A DNA stretch of 24,874 nucleotides. Source: a virus. Its lineage: Duplodnaviria; Caudoviricetes. The notes under the pieces are model-generated. The model was given only the letters and a program-made list of their open reading frames with translations, did not search any database and had not been told where the DNA came from. Below, piece by piece: positions 24,449-24,874 of the stretch; positions within the stretch are counted from its first letter, which is position 1, and the number at the start of each line of letters is the position of its first letter. The translations under genes were made by a program, and so were the position numbers. The DNA is taken from positions 1 to 24,874 of the IMG/VR virus record IMGVR_UViG_3300046328_000416; one strand, written 5' to 3'.

Positions 24449-24687
24449 TTCACCTCATATCCGGGCCGCATTTGCAGCGTGTTGCGCCAATCCGGCTCAC
24501 TCCCTCTGTCGAATTTGATGTGGTTGATTAGGATGCCCTCGCCCCCGCTCTGCCAATACTGAGACCCACATTCGGGTCGCAGAGTGTAGGCAGCCCAATC
24601 ACCGTCACCATCCATCGCCACCGCAACGACCTCATCCGTGAAAATCTCCCACGGAATAACCGCCTGCCGGATTGGTTCGGGTGTCAT
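24445..24687 (-). CDS. Hypothetical phage protein (80 aa)
   Basis: ATG at 24687 overlaps the upstream stop. AVAMDGDGDWAAYTLRP...DWRNTLQMRP. Confidence 0.7.
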   Translation of the reverse strand: MTPEPIRQAVIPWEIFTDEVVAVAMDGDGDWAAYTLRPECGSQYWQSGGEGILINHIKFDRGSEPDWRNTLQMRPGYEVK

Positions 24688-24874
24688 GCTGCTGATCCTT
24701 TGTTGATGCGCGTATCGCCGCCCCATTGCATGGCCATCGCGTTGGCAATGCCCTGAAAGGTGCGGCTGCGCAGGCGGGCGCGGTCTTTGCCGGGGCTGGC
24801 GCGGTGGATTGCGGACCATTGGGCGTGGGTGGCGGGGTCGGTTGTCTTGGTGGGCGGGGTTAGGCGGTTGGTGG
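24684..24874 (-). CDS. C-terminus of a putative phage DNA cytosine methyltransferase, truncated by the window edge
   Basis: Manual translation gives TNRLTPPTKTTDPATHAQWSAIHRASPGKDRARLRSRTFQGIANAMAMQWGGDTRINKGSAA*. RSRTFQGIANAMAMQWG resembles the recalled C-terminal motif of a phage C5-methyltransferase family. The catalytic motifs lie outside the window. Confidence 0.65.
   Translation of the reverse strand, partial: TNRLTPPTKTTDPATHAQWSAIHRASPGKDRARLRSRTFQGIANAMAMQWGGDTRINKGSAA

Larger units (their letters stand above)
1..24874. mobile_element. Temperate siphovirus-type phage genome segment (alphaproteobacterial host likely), apparently in attP-joined (excised) form
   Basis: Canonical order terminase-portal-protease-capsid-neck-tail-lysis-attP-int-early genes. 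No host housekeeping genes in the window. Phage genes on both sides of the tRNA-derived att core. Confidence 0.95.

Overview
The whole window is part of a temperate, long-tailed (siphovirus-type) phage with an HK97-type head. Its proteins point to an alphaproteobacterial, probably Rhodobacterales, host. The + strand (1-21262) carries one long, tightly coupled late operon: terminases, portal, prohead protease, major capsid protein, a three-gene insert ending in a 23/46-aa repeat protein, neck and tail-completion genes, tail tube, a tail chaperone with a probable -1 frameshift, tape measure, distal tail and hub genes, a GNAT-fold gene, tail tip, beta-helix tailspike, holin, GH108 endolysin, overlapping spanins, and a receiver-less protein made of two tandem OmpR/PhoB-type winged-helix domains. 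At 21374-21422 is an intact attP core (3' half of tRNA-Thr(TGT)) flanked by IHF-consensus sites and arm-type repeats. Phage genes lie on both sides, so this looks like the excised or free genome rather than an integrated prophage. The - strand (21483-24874) carries a tyrosine integrase, a probable excisionase and an early operon of small genes (Lar-like, Ea22-like, Zn-finger, DNA methyltransferase C-terminus). The most unusual items are the tandem ChvI/CtrA-like DNA-binding protein beside attP, the repeat-protein module between capsid and neck, the GNAT gene inside the tail-tip cluster, and a 23-bp repeat that duplicates gene junctions in the early operon. Family assignments come from motifs recognised by eye; no searches were run.
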